Source of the DNA: Thermoflexales bacterium
GTDB lineage: Bacteria > Chloroflexota > Anaerolineae > J036 > Brachytrichaceae
Direction: 5' to 3'
NCBI GenBank assembly: GCA_046299515.1
Contig: JBKBID010000003.1
Coordinates: 42,345-106,344 of the forward strand
DNA length: 64,000 nt
Under the pieces are notes generated by a model. That model saw only the letters and a program-made list of their open reading frames with translations. It made no database searches and was not told the DNA's origin. Positions 29,335-39,606 of the stretch are shown here, one piece after another; the stretch's first letter is position 1, and each line of letters opens with the position of its first letter. The translations under genes were made by a program, and so were the position numbers.

Positions 29335-30087
29335 ATGGAAAGTGTCATTCGACCTGATGTCGCGGCGGTGCGCACCCAATCTCAAGCCCAAGTCACGCGC
29401 GGAATCGGCGCAGCAGCCTTCGCCATGTTGATCGTGGCGCTGGCGCTGGTGTTCTTGGTCGCTCCCAGCGGCGACGCGCGCTCCGGCGGCGAAGCGCAGC
29501 GCATCTTTTACTTTCACATCTCCTCCGCCTGGCTCGGCTTCGGCGCGTGGCTGGTTACTGCCTTTTGCGGCGCGCGTTACCTGCAAACGCGCGACATGCA
29601 GTGGGATCGCCGCGCGCACGCCTCGGCGGAGATCGGCGTGCTGTTCATCACGCTCGTGCTGCTGAGCGGCATGCTGTGGGGCCGCCCCACCTGGAACACC
29701 TGGTGGACGTGGGACTTCAAGCTCACGCTGAGCGCGCTGCAGTTCCTGATGTACGTCGCCTACTTGATGCTGCGCAGCGGCATCGAGAACCCAGAACAAC
29801 GCGCGCGCTTCGCTTCGGTGTATGGCATCGTCGGCGCGCTGACCGTGCCGCTCAACTTCCTGGTCAGCCGCGTGCTGCAGAGCATCCATCCGGCCGTATT
29901 CGGCCCCAGCGTGAACGCCGCGCAGCAGGGCGGTTTCGGCGTCTCGGCCGACCGCATGGTCATCCTGCTGTTCTGCATGGTCACGTTCACGCTGATCTAC
30001 ATCTTCCTGTTTCGCTCGCGCGTGCGCTTGCTGGAGCGGGAAGACGAATTAGCCGCGCGCAAAGCCGCCTTGATTGAAACGACGTGA
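29335..30087 (+). CDS. ccmC: Heme exporter / cytochrome c biogenesis protein CcmC
   Basis: QRIFYFHISSAW, WWD motif WGRPTWNTWWTWD, conserved C-terminal IHP. Confidence 0.88.
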   Translation: MESVIRPDVAAVRTQSQAQVTRGIGAAAFAMLIVALALVFLVAPSGDARSGGEAQRIFYFHISSAWLGFGAWLVTAFCGARYLQTRDMQWDRRAHASAEIGVLFITLVLLSGMLWGRPTWNTWWTWDFKLTLSALQFLMYVAYLMLRSGIENPEQRARFASVYGIVGALTVPLNFLVSRVLQSIHPAVFGPSVNAAQQGGFGVSADRMVILLFCMVTFTLIYIFLFRSRVRLLEREDELAARKAALIETT

Positions 30088-30254
30088 ACCTGCTCGAAGA
30101 CAAAAACGCCGTCTACCTCTTCACCGCCTATGGCGTCTTCCTCGGCGGGCTGGCGGTCTATTTTGTCTCGCTGTGGCTCCGTCGGCGCAACCTAGACCGC
30201 GACGAAGAATTGCTGCGGCAGATCGAGGAAGAGGAACGCGAAAAGCGCAAGTAG
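30084..30254 (+). CDS. ccmD: CcmD-like small membrane protein (56 aa, absent from the ORF track)
   Basis: Hand translation MNLLEDKNAVYLFTAYGVFLGGLAVYFVSLWLRRRNLDRDEELLRQIEEEEREKRK; GTGA overlap with the ccmC stop. Confidence 0.7.
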   Translation: MNLLEDKNAVYLFTAYGVFLGGLAVYFVSLWLRRRNLDRDEELLRQIEEEEREKRK

Positions 30255-30338
30255 CCAGCAGCAATGTGACCGGCGCGCCGGCGCCGGAGAACGCCCCATG
30301 CAAACAGCGGTTCGGCATGGGGCTACAATTTTCCGGCC

Positions 30339-30920
30339 ATGGACGCCCTCCCCAGAGATGGAAGCATCGAAGTCATTTGTGGTTGCATGTTCAGCGGCAA
30401 GACCGAGGAGCTGATCCGCCGCGTGCGCCGAGCCGTCATTGCCAAGCAGAAGGTGCAGGTGTTCAAGCCCCAGATTGACAACCGTTACGCCGCCGATCAG
30501 GTCAAGTCGCACAACGGCCTGGGGTTCGACGCCATTCCGGTAGCCTGTTCCGGCGACATCCTGCGGCTGATCGAACCGGATACAACCGTGGTCGCCATTG
30601 ACGAAGCGCAGTTTTTCGACGACGAGCTGCCGCGCATCGTGAACGCGCTGGCCGATAGCGGCAAACGGGTGATTTGCGCCGGCCTCGACCTGGACTTTCG
30701 CGGCGAACCGTTCGGCCCGATGCCCACGCTGCTGGCCATCGCCGAGCGCGTGGACAAGCTCACGGCCATTTGCGTCGTCAGCGGCGAGCCGGCCACGCGC
30801 ACCCAGCGCATCATCAACGGCAAGCCCGCCTCTTATCACGACCCGATCATCTTGGTCGGCGCGACGGAAAGCTACGAGGCGCGCGCCCGCAAGCATCACG
30901 AAGTGCCGGATAAACCCTAG
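30339..30920 (+). CDS. tdk: Thymidine kinase
   Basis: [35 protein letters not shown]. Confidence 0.97.
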   Translation: MDALPRDGSIEVICGCMFSGKTEELIRRVRRAVIAKQKVQVFKPQIDNRYAADQVKSHNGLGFDAIPVACSGDILRLIEPDTTVVAIDEAQFFDDELPRIVNALADSGKRVICAGLDLDFRGEPFGPMPTLLAIAERVDKLTAICVVSGEPATRTQRIINGKPASYHDPIILVGATESYEARARKHHEVPDKP

Positions 30921-30923
30921 GTC

Positions 30924-31457
30924 ATGTCCACCGAACTGACTGCCGGCATCAAGCGCGTGTTGTTCACCGAGTCGCAGATCGCCGCGCGCGTGGCCGAACT
31001 CGGCGCGCAAATCTCGCGCGACTACGCCGGCAAAGACCTGTTGCTCGTGGGCATCCTGCGCGGCGGCGTAGTCTTCTTGGCCGACCTGATGCGCCACATC
31101 ACCATCCCCTGCGGCCTCGACTTCATGGCGGTCACGTCATACGGCGTCGGCGCGCGCGAGTCCAACCGCTCGCCGCGCATCATGCTCGACCTGCGCGAGG
31201 ACATCCTCGGCCGCAACGTCCTGCTGGTCGAAGACATCGTGGATAGCGGCTACACCTTCGACCATCTGCTGCAACTGTTGCGCACGCGCGAGCCGGCGTC
31301 GCTCAAAGTGTGCGCGCTGCTGAACAAGCCGGCCCGCCGCGAGGTGCATGTGCCGATTGACTACCTCGGTTTCGAGATCCCCGACGTGTATGTGTGCGGC
31401 TACGGGATTGACGCCGACGAGCGCTACCGCAACCTGCCCTACATTGCGACGGTATAG
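30924..31457 (+). CDS. hpt: Hypoxanthine phosphoribosyltransferase
   Basis: GILRGG..FLADL, VEDIVDSGYT, LLNKP, GYGID. Confidence 0.96.
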   Translation: MSTELTAGIKRVLFTESQIAARVAELGAQISRDYAGKDLLLVGILRGGVVFLADLMRHITIPCGLDFMAVTSYGVGARESNRSPRIMLDLREDILGRNVLLVEDIVDSGYTFDHLLQLLRTREPASLKVCALLNKPARREVHVPIDYLGFEIPDVYVCGYGIDADERYRNLPYIATV

Positions 31458-31481
31458 GGCCGGCGCGCGTCGCGCCTGCGC

Positions 31482-32594
31482 CTATCGCACCAAATACCGC
31501 TCGACGATGGCCTCGTCGAGTTCCACGCCTAGCCCCGGCTCTTCCGGCACGCTCACATAGCCATCCACGACGGGGAAGGTCTGACGGGTGAGTTTCTGCC
31601 GCAGGGCGCCCTGCTCGACGCAGTATTCCAGCCAGGCGGTGTTCGGCAACGCTGCCAGGAAGTGCAAAGAAGCCGCGATGCTCACGCCGGTTTTGTAGGA
31701 GTGATTGACGCACATGCGGTTCAGGTGATGCGTCAACTGGCCGATGCGCCGCGCGTTGGTCAAGCCGCCCACCCGCGCCACGTCGGGCTGGGCGACGGCG
31801 ACGCCGCACGCCAACAGACGCTCGAAGTCGCGCAGCGTGACTTCCTGCTCGCCGGCTGCGATGCGCAGCGGCGAATTCGCCGTCAGGCGCGCGTAGCCAT
31901 CGTAGTTGTCCGGCTGCAACGGCTCCTCGAACCAATACGGCTGGAACTCGGCGAACTGGTGTGCGCGTCGGATCGCAGTAGCCGTGTCGTAGGCCAGGCC
32001 GGCGTCAATCATGAATTCGTTGCCGTCGCCCACTCCCATGCGCGCCGCGCGCACGTGCGCCAGGTCGCTCGCCTCGGACCGGCCCAGCGGCCCCCAGCCG
32101 AACTTCACGGCGGTGAAGCCGGCGTCCGTCCAGCGCCGACCGATCGCATAGGTCTCCTCCGGCGTGTCGCCGAACAAGATCGAGGCGTACGCGCGAAACT
32201 TCGTCCTGAAGCCGCCGCCGAGCAAGCGATAGACCGGCTGCTGATAGACCTTGCCGGCGATGTCCCACAGCGCCATGTCTATGCCGGACATCGCCTGCTG
32301 CGCCGCGCCGCCGCGCCCGAAGAAGATGCTGCCCTGATACATGCGCTGCCACAGCACTTCGATGTCGAGCGGATTCTGGCCGATCACGCATTCGGCCAGA
32401 CCGCGCGCGATCGCATGGGACATGGGCGCTTCGATGATGGCTTTCGCCACAAGGGGCGATGAGTCCACCTCGCCAACGCCGACGATGCCGGCGTCGGTGT
32501 GCACGCGCACGATCAGCGTGTCCTGTGTGCCGTCCGCGCGCTCGGTGATCTCCGGCAGGCGCAGGTAGAGCGCCTCTACTTTCGTGATCTTCAT
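31482..32594 (-). CDS. Mandelate racemase/muconate lactonizing enzyme family protein (enolase superfamily)
   Basis: [24 protein letters not shown], metal ligands in IDAG, EEP and GEQ, QPD, PGLGVE. Confidence 0.92.
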   Translation of the reverse strand: MKITKVEALYLRLPEITERADGTQDTLIVRVHTDAGIVGVGEVDSSPLVAKAIIEAPMSHAIARGLAECVIGQNPLDIEVLWQRMYQGSIFFGRGGAAQQAMSGIDMALWDIAGKVYQQPVYRLLGGGFRTKFRAYASILFGDTPEETYAIGRRWTDAGFTAVKFGWGPLGRSEASDLAHVRAARMGVGDGNEFMIDAGLAYDTATAIRRAHQFAEFQPYWFEEPLQPDNYDGYARLTANSPLRIAAGEQEVTLRDFERLLACGVAVAQPDVARVGGLTNARRIGQLTHHLNRMCVNHSYKTGVSIAASLHFLAALPNTAWLEYCVEQGALRQKLTRQTFPVVDGYVSVPEEPGLGVELDEAIVERYLVR

Positions 32595-32673
32595 GATGAT
32601 GGGGGAGATATTCGACAAGACGACCGGTTGGGGTCGGTAGATGTATCGCGTTCGGTTTGCGAACGCGCCGCAT

Positions 32674-33297
32674 TCAAAAGCGCTGCCGGCCTTCCAACGC
32701 GCGGCTCAGCGTGACCTCGTCGGCGTATTCCAGGTCGCCGCCTGCCGGCAAGCCGCGCGCCAGGCGCGTCACGCTGACCTCCAGGCCGGCCAGTTTGCGC
32801 TGAATGAACGATGCCGTCATCTCACCTTCGACGGTGGGGTTGGTGGCGAGGATGACCTCGCGCACCGGCTGACCGACCTCCGCCGATCGGCGAATCCGGC
32901 TGACCAGTTCCTCAATGCGCAAGTCATCGGGGCCGACGCCGTTGATCGGCGAGATCACGCCGTGCAAGACGTGATAGACGCCGCGATAGACCCGCGAGCG
33001 CTCGATAGCGGCGACGTCGAGCGGCTCTTCCACCACACAGATTAAGCCATGGTCGCGCGAGGGATCGGCGCAGATCGCGCAGGGGTCGTCCTCGGTGATG
33101 TTGAAGCACACCGAGCACAGCCGTGTGCGCGCCTTCAGATCGCGCAATGCTTCGGCCAAAGCCAGCGACGTTTCGGCAGGCGAACGCAACAAGAAAAACG
33201 CCAGCCGCGACGCCGACTTCGGGCCGATGCCGGGAAGCTGCGTGAGCGCGTCGATCAGCCGCGTGACCGATGGTGGAAGCGTTGGATTGGGCGACAT
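32674..33297 (-). CDS. recR: Recombination mediator RecR
   Basis: [13 protein letters not shown]4 zinc finger, [21 protein letters not shown]. Confidence 0.98.
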   Translation of the reverse strand: MSPNPTLPPSVTRLIDALTQLPGIGPKSASRLAFFLLRSPAETSLALAEALRDLKARTRLCSVCFNITEDDPCAICADPSRDHGLICVVEEPLDVAAIERSRVYRGVYHVLHGVISPINGVGPDDLRIEELVSRIRRSAEVGQPVREVILATNPTVEGEMTASFIQRKLAGLEVSVTRLARGLPAGGDLEYADEVTLSRALEGRQRF

Positions 33298-33317
33298 CAA
33301 ACGGCCTGCCGATTGGA

Positions 33318-33686
33318 TCAGAACAAGCCGGGCAGTTCAATGCCGCCGGTTACGGCCTCCAGCCGCCGCGCAGAATGCTCCTGAGATGCCACAATCGCCT
33401 CGTTGATTGCCGCGACCAGCGTGTCTTCAAGCATCGCTACGTCGTTCGGGTCAATCAAAGCCGGATCGAGCTTGATGCTTTGCACGCGCTGGTGTCCGGT
33501 GATGACGATGGTGACTGCGCCGCCGGCGGCGGTGACGTTGATCAGCTCGGTCTCCAGGGCTGCTTGCGCGGCCGCCATTTCCTCTTGCATCTTCCTGATC
33601 TTCTCCAGCATGCCGGGCTGCAGCCCTGCGCCGGCGGCGGGTTGCGCGCCGCGCGGTATGTAGTCACTTCGTCGTCCTTTAGCCAT
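33318..33686 (-). CDS. ybaB: YbaB/EbfC nucleoid-associated protein
   Basis: AGGAVTIV.TG, DVAMLEDTLVAAINEA; dnaX-ybaB-recR synteny. Confidence 0.93.
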   Translation of the reverse strand: MAKGRRSDYIPRGAQPAAGAGLQPGMLEKIRKMQEEMAAAQAALETELINVTAAGGAVTIVITGHQRVQSIKLDPALIDPNDVAMLEDTLVAAINEAIVASQEHSARRLEAVTGGIELPGLF

Positions 33687-33783
33687 GGATTCTCCTCTCT
33701 GTTGCGTCAGGTATCAGGCGTCATTCGCCGAGGGTTATCGGCCACACATCACGTTCCGCGCTTGGGCGTATGTAAAGAATCCC

Positions 33784-35373
<1,590 letters not shown>

Positions 35374-35445
35374 ATCAGCAGTGTACCACGGCGCGCGAGA
35401 TAATCGGGGCGACGGCGAGCGAAGAGAGGAGGCTACGCGAGCCGC

Positions 35446-36918
35446 TCAACCGTCGCCGCGCGCCAGCCGATGCGCCAAAGCCAGGGCTTCCTTGCGCGAG
35501 ACGATCTCGCCGATCATCTGCGCCTCGCGCACGGCCTCCAGGATCTCGCCGACGCGCGGCCCAGGCTTGACGCCGAGCGCGATCACGTCCCTTCCGGCAA
35601 GCAGCGGCGCCGGGGCGACCGAGCGCTCGAACCGCGCGTAGTATTCGCCCAGCAGTCGTCGGGCGATTTCGGCGCTCGGCGCACAATCCTCGGCGGCAGT
35701 CTGCGGGCCGCGTTTGCCCACGCAGTCGGCGATGGCGAACAGCGCCAGCTCCGGCGCGCAATCGCCGACGTCGCGGAAGAAGCGATACAGGGCGCGCAAC
35801 GTGGGCGCGTGCGCCTGCCGCGCCATGAAGTTTGCCCGCATGTGATGACGGACGATGGTGTGCACGCGAGCGACGTCGTCGCCGCTGAACCGCAACGCGC
35901 GGGCGCGCGCCGCGGCCAACGCTGCGCCGGCCGTTTCATGGCCGTAGAAGTGCGCGCGGCCATCCTCGCCGATCGAGCGCGTCGCCGGCTTACCGCAATC
36001 GTGCAGCAGCGCCGCAAAACGGAAGACCGCGGCGCGCGTGCGGTGCTCGGCCGTGATTGCGCCGAAATGATCGGCCAACCGCTGCCGATCGGACAGAGCG
36101 AATCGCGCGCCGCCCACCTCCAGCGCCCAATCCTCCAGCAGGCTATCGAGCGCCTCCATCACCTCCCATGTGTGCCGCAAAACCGTGAAGTGATGAGGCG
36201 GCGGCTGATCGCACGCGCGCATCGGCTCAATTTCGGGCACGATGGGGACGAGCAAAGCGAGGTCATCCAGCATCTGCAGGGCGCGTCCGGCATCGCGCAG
36301 GTTCAAGATGGCCGTCAGTTCGTCGCGCAACCGCTCGGCGCTGGGCCGGTCGAGCATCCGGCCGGCGGCGCGCACCTGCGCCAGCGTCGCCGGCTCGATG
36401 CGCATGCCCAACGCGAACGACAAGCGCACGGCGCGCAACGCGCGCACCGGATCGTCGTCCATGATGTGTTCGTTCGCCGCGCGGATCACGCCCGCGTCCA
36501 GATCGGCCAACCCATTCGCCTCATCCACCGGCGCGCCGTCGTCTAAGTTCACCGCAATAGCGTTGATGGTGAAATCGCGCGCGAGAGCGTCGGCGCGCCA
36601 ATCTGGGCCGCGACATACGGCGAAGTCCATCACAATGCCGCCCGTTGGCGTTCGCTCGCGCGTCAGCACGCGCGCCGTCCCCCGCTCGGTGTCGAGCACG
36701 TAAAAAGATGCGCCCAGGGCGTTCGCCACGGCGCGCCCCAAGGCCACCGCGTCGCCCTGAACGGCGAAGTCCAGGTCACGCGGCGCAGGCCGGCCGAGCA
36801 ACGCGTCGCGCACCGCTCCCCCCACCAGCAAGACGGGCGCGCCGCGCGCACGCGCCAGGTCGCGCACGATCTGCACCTCGGGCCGGCCGACGAGCGCCCG
36901 CAACGCATCGAAGTTCAT
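35446..36918 (-). CDS. Class II tRNA nucleotidyltransferase with HD domain, probably CC-adding type
   Basis: VGGAVRD, DLD, RDFTINA, DDPVRALRAVR, SAERLRDEL, LLHDCGKP; only 9 aa between DFA and D...RDFTIN. Confidence 0.85.
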   Translation of the reverse strand: MNFDALRALVGRPEVQIVRDLARARGAPVLLVGGAVRDALLGRPAPRDLDFAVQGDAVALGRAVANALGASFYVLDTERGTARVLTRERTPTGGIVMDFAVCRGPDWRADALARDFTINAIAVNLDDGAPVDEANGLADLDAGVIRAANEHIMDDDPVRALRAVRLSFALGMRIEPATLAQVRAAGRMLDRPSAERLRDELTAILNLRDAGRALQMLDDLALLVPIVPEIEPMRACDQPPPHHFTVLRHTWEVMEALDSLLEDWALEVGGARFALSDRQRLADHFGAITAEHRTRAAVFRFAALLHDCGKPATRSIGEDGRAHFYGHETAGAALAAARARALRFSGDDVARVHTIVRHHMRANFMARQAHAPTLRALYRFFRDVGDCAPELALFAIADCVGKRGPQTAAEDCAPSAEIARRLLGEYYARFERSVAPAPLLAGRDVIALGVKPGPRVGEILEAVREAQMIGEIVSRKEALALAHRLARGDG

Positions 36919-37769
36919 TGAAACGTAGCGTAGCCTAGGGATTCGGCAAGCGCTCTGCCCTGTGGACCGAGCGCCCAAGCGACGAAATTGCGCAACTCGC
37001 CCTGTGGTTCGTACAGACTCACCAGGTTGAGCGTGCGCGCCAGCGGATATTCACCGCTCATCAGTTTCTCGGATGTCAACGGGACGCCGTCCAGGGCGAG
37101 CGCCTTCACGTTAGGCCGCGCCGCGCCGCTGCGATCTCCCAGCGCGCTGGCCGACGGCGCGTAGCCAATCGCGCCTGGCCGAAGGGTCACGAAATTCAGC
37201 ATCGTCTCGACCGAAGGCATCACCAGCGCATCGAACGTCAGGCGTTGATCGCCCATCACCACGCGGTCGAAGACCACCCGCGCGCCGTCGCCCTCTTCGC
37301 GCACGGCTACCTCGATGTTGCCGAGTTCATCCTCGCCGTAATCCGCCCATGTATTACGCACCCCGGCGAAGATGTCGCGCAGGTCGTTCAGCGTCAGCTC
37401 GTCAATGGGGTTATCGGCATGCACGATCACGGCTACGCCATCGAGGGCGAGATCGGCCAGCCACCACTTCAACCCCTGAGGCGCAGGCGGCACAAGCGAG
37501 GTCGCGCCCAGCAGCACTCGGCCGGAGCGCAGCCGCTCGACCACGCGCTCCGGCGCGCCCTGCTCAATCGTGAACCGCGCATACGGGTTCACAGACTCCA
37601 CATAAGCGTCGGCAAGCCCGCGCATAAGCGGATAGGTCGCGCTGTCGGCGATCAAGCGATAGTGCTCGGCCACCGGCGTGGGCTGCGGCGGCTCGGCGCG
37701 CGCGCACCCGGCGAACAGCGCGCACGCCGCCAGCGCCATTGCGCGCGCCGGGCTTGACCGACGCATCAT
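36915..37769 (-). CDS. PstS-like (PBP2) substrate-binding lipoprotein, orphan
   Basis: Lipobox LFAGC; DGVAVIVH..NP...LT...L.DIF.G...W, GAIGY, YPLARTL; no pstCAB nearby. Confidence 0.8.
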   Translation of the reverse strand: MMRRSSPARAMALAACALFAGCARAEPPQPTPVAEHYRLIADSATYPLMRGLADAYVESVNPYARFTIEQGAPERVVERLRSGRVLLGATSLVPPAPQGLKWWLADLALDGVAVIVHADNPIDELTLNDLRDIFAGVRNTWADYGEDELGNIEVAVREEGDGARVVFDRVVMGDQRLTFDALVMPSVETMLNFVTLRPGAIGYAPSASALGDRSGAARPNVKALALDGVPLTSEKLMSGEYPLARTLNLVSLYEPQGELRNFVAWALGPQGRALAESLGYATFQ

Positions 37770-37990
37770 GCTCTGTCCTCCGCGTCAACCGCCTGCAGAC
37801 GCGGCAAGTCTCCCTCTGGCACAGGTGCATAGGCGGATGTCGCGCTGAGCACGGGCTGTCGCTCCGGCTGCAGCCCCCACTCGCTTAGGCGTTCTTGGAC
37901 GTAGTCAGCCGCTTGAGCTTCGCCCTCGGTCGCGCTCCCGCGCAGGCCGATGTCTTCGGAGATATGACGGATATGCCCCAAGAGCGACAT
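37766..37990 (-). pseudogene. Truncated N-terminal fragment resembling an M28-family peptidase
   Basis: LGHIRHISEDIGLRGSATEGEAQAADYV..L..WGL.P..Q resembles the M28 N-terminus; the ORF ends after 74 aa with no Zn-binding motifs. Confidence 0.55.
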
Positions 37991-38127
37991 GCGCGGCATT
38001 GTAGCAAGCCGCGCCGCCGATTTCGTAGGGGAAGCGTAGGGGAAGCGTCCAGCGCGAGGAACAAGAATGCGTTATGAGATGCGCGCGGGAGTCAGGGCGG
38101 GACCTCCTCTTCTCCTCCTTTTAGTAA

Positions 38128-38157
38128 GAGAGCCAGCTTTTGGCGTAGCTGGCTCTC
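38128..38157. terminator. 11-bp hairpin downstream of the cupredoxin gene
   Basis: GAGAGCCAGCT-tttggcgt-AGCTGGCTCTC. Confidence 0.6.
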
Positions 38158-38223
38158 ACGCTTTTCGAGCGAAGCACACCGTTTAGACCAACCGGGGCGA
38201 TCTAAACAGTGCGCGCTGACGCG

Positions 38224-38736
38224 TTATTTGACGATGAACTTGCCACGCATGAGAGTAGCGTGACCGGGGAAGCTGCACAGGAAGTCGTATGTGCCAGGCG
38301 CCGGCGCGTCAAACGTCACCGAGACCGTTTCCCCCTCTTTGGCCAGCTTCGTGTGGGCGATCACGCGATTGTCATTCGGCTTGAGGTAATCATTCGCTTC
38401 GCCGGCGGCAATCCCATCCGCTGCGACCGCGTCAATTGTGCCCGGTCGCACCAGCACCCAGTTGTGATACACCCCCGAGCCGGGCGAAGCGTTGTTCTTC
38501 AAGTTCAACGTGACTTTCGACCCGGCCGGCACCTCGAGCGAGGCCTTATCGTACTCGAGCGCATCGCCCTTCGAGGCGATCTCCAGCGTCACAGGGGCGC
38601 CGCTCGCCGCCGGCGCCTGGGTCGGCGCAGATTCGCCGCCGCCGCAGGCTGCGACCAACACACCTCCTACGAACAAGCCACCGGTTACTGCTACGGTCCT
38701 CAAAAATCCTCGGCGTGAAATATGCGTTGCCATCAT
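38224..38736 (-). CDS. Auracyanin/azurin-like type 1 blue copper lipoprotein with Tat signal
   Basis: SRRGFL twin-arginine, lipobox LVAAC, Cu ligands in YHNWVL and FLCSFPGHATLM. Confidence 0.9.
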   Translation of the reverse strand: MMATHISRRGFLRTVAVTGGLFVGGVLVAACGGGESAPTQAPAASGAPVTLEIASKGDALEYDKASLEVPAGSKVTLNLKNNASPGSGVYHNWVLVRPGTIDAVAADGIAAGEANDYLKPNDNRVIAHTKLAKEGETVSVTFDAPAPGTYDFLCSFPGHATLMRGKFIVK

Positions 38737-38832
38737 TTGAACCTCTTCAGTTATGCTTGAGTTAGCGAGAGTATATCATCAGTCCATGTCCGGCTGCCGC
38801 CAGTGACGACTTGCACTAAAATCATAGGATAA

Positions 38833-39465
38833 ATGGCAGGCGTGATCACCGCCCTAAAGGCGCAGCGCGGCAAGGAGCGCGTAAACGTCTATCTAGACGG
38901 CAGGTTCGCGTTTGGCCTGGCGTTGGTGCATGCAATATGGCTGAAGGTCGGCCAAACGTTAAGCGACGATGAAATTGCCGAACTTCGAGCCGCCGATACG
39001 CTAGAGCAAGCGCGCCTGCGCGCGCTGAACCTGATCGCGTATCGCCCGCGCAGCGTGCGCGAAGTGCAGCGTCGGCTGAAGCGCGCCGGCGCCGACGACG
39101 CAGCCATCACGGCCGTCATCGCGCGCTTGAAAGAGGCCGGCTTGCTGGACGACGGCGCGTTCAGCCAGGACTGGGTGGATAGCCGGATGCGCGTCAGCCC
39201 GCGCAGCAAGCGCATGATCGCCTGGGAGCTGCGCCAAAAGGGCGTGAGCAGCGCGGATATTGAGGCGGCCTTGGAGGAGGTGGATGAGGAAGACGCCGCC
39301 TATCGCGCTGTCATGCAACGCCTGCCCAAGCTGCGGGGCCTTGCGCCGCCGGAGCGCAAACGCAAGTTATACGAGTATTTGGCGCGCAAAGGATTCGACT
39401 ACGAGACGATCGAGCGCGCCGTGCAACAGGTTGAGTCGTCGGTAGAGAGGGATGTTGATTGTTGA
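38833..39465 (+). CDS. recX: RecX family regulator
   Basis: ERVNVYLDG.FAF, RPRS..EV...L, LLDD..F, LARKGFDY. Confidence 0.92.
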   Translation: MAGVITALKAQRGKERVNVYLDGRFAFGLALVHAIWLKVGQTLSDDEIAELRAADTLEQARLRALNLIAYRPRSVREVQRRLKRAGADDAAITAVIARLKEAGLLDDGAFSQDWVDSRMRVSPRSKRMIAWELRQKGVSSADIEAALEEVDEEDAAYRAVMQRLPKLRGLAPPERKRKLYEYLARKGFDYETIERAVQQVESSVERDVDC

Positions 39466-39606
39466 AGTCGTCTGCGCTAGATTCGCGTTGATCGGACGAT
39501 TTGAGCACGAGATCATCATTGACGTGACACACGAATTGACGCACACACGCTGAAAGAACTATCAACACACCCTTGTCCGACGGCTCGGTTCACAACGAGA
39601 GGACAC

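Noticed and set aside
29236-29889. 5' extension of the 700-aa membrane ORF
   Set aside because: Overlaps ccmC on the other strand; the real start is supported by the LRPRS motif and -10 position at 29235.
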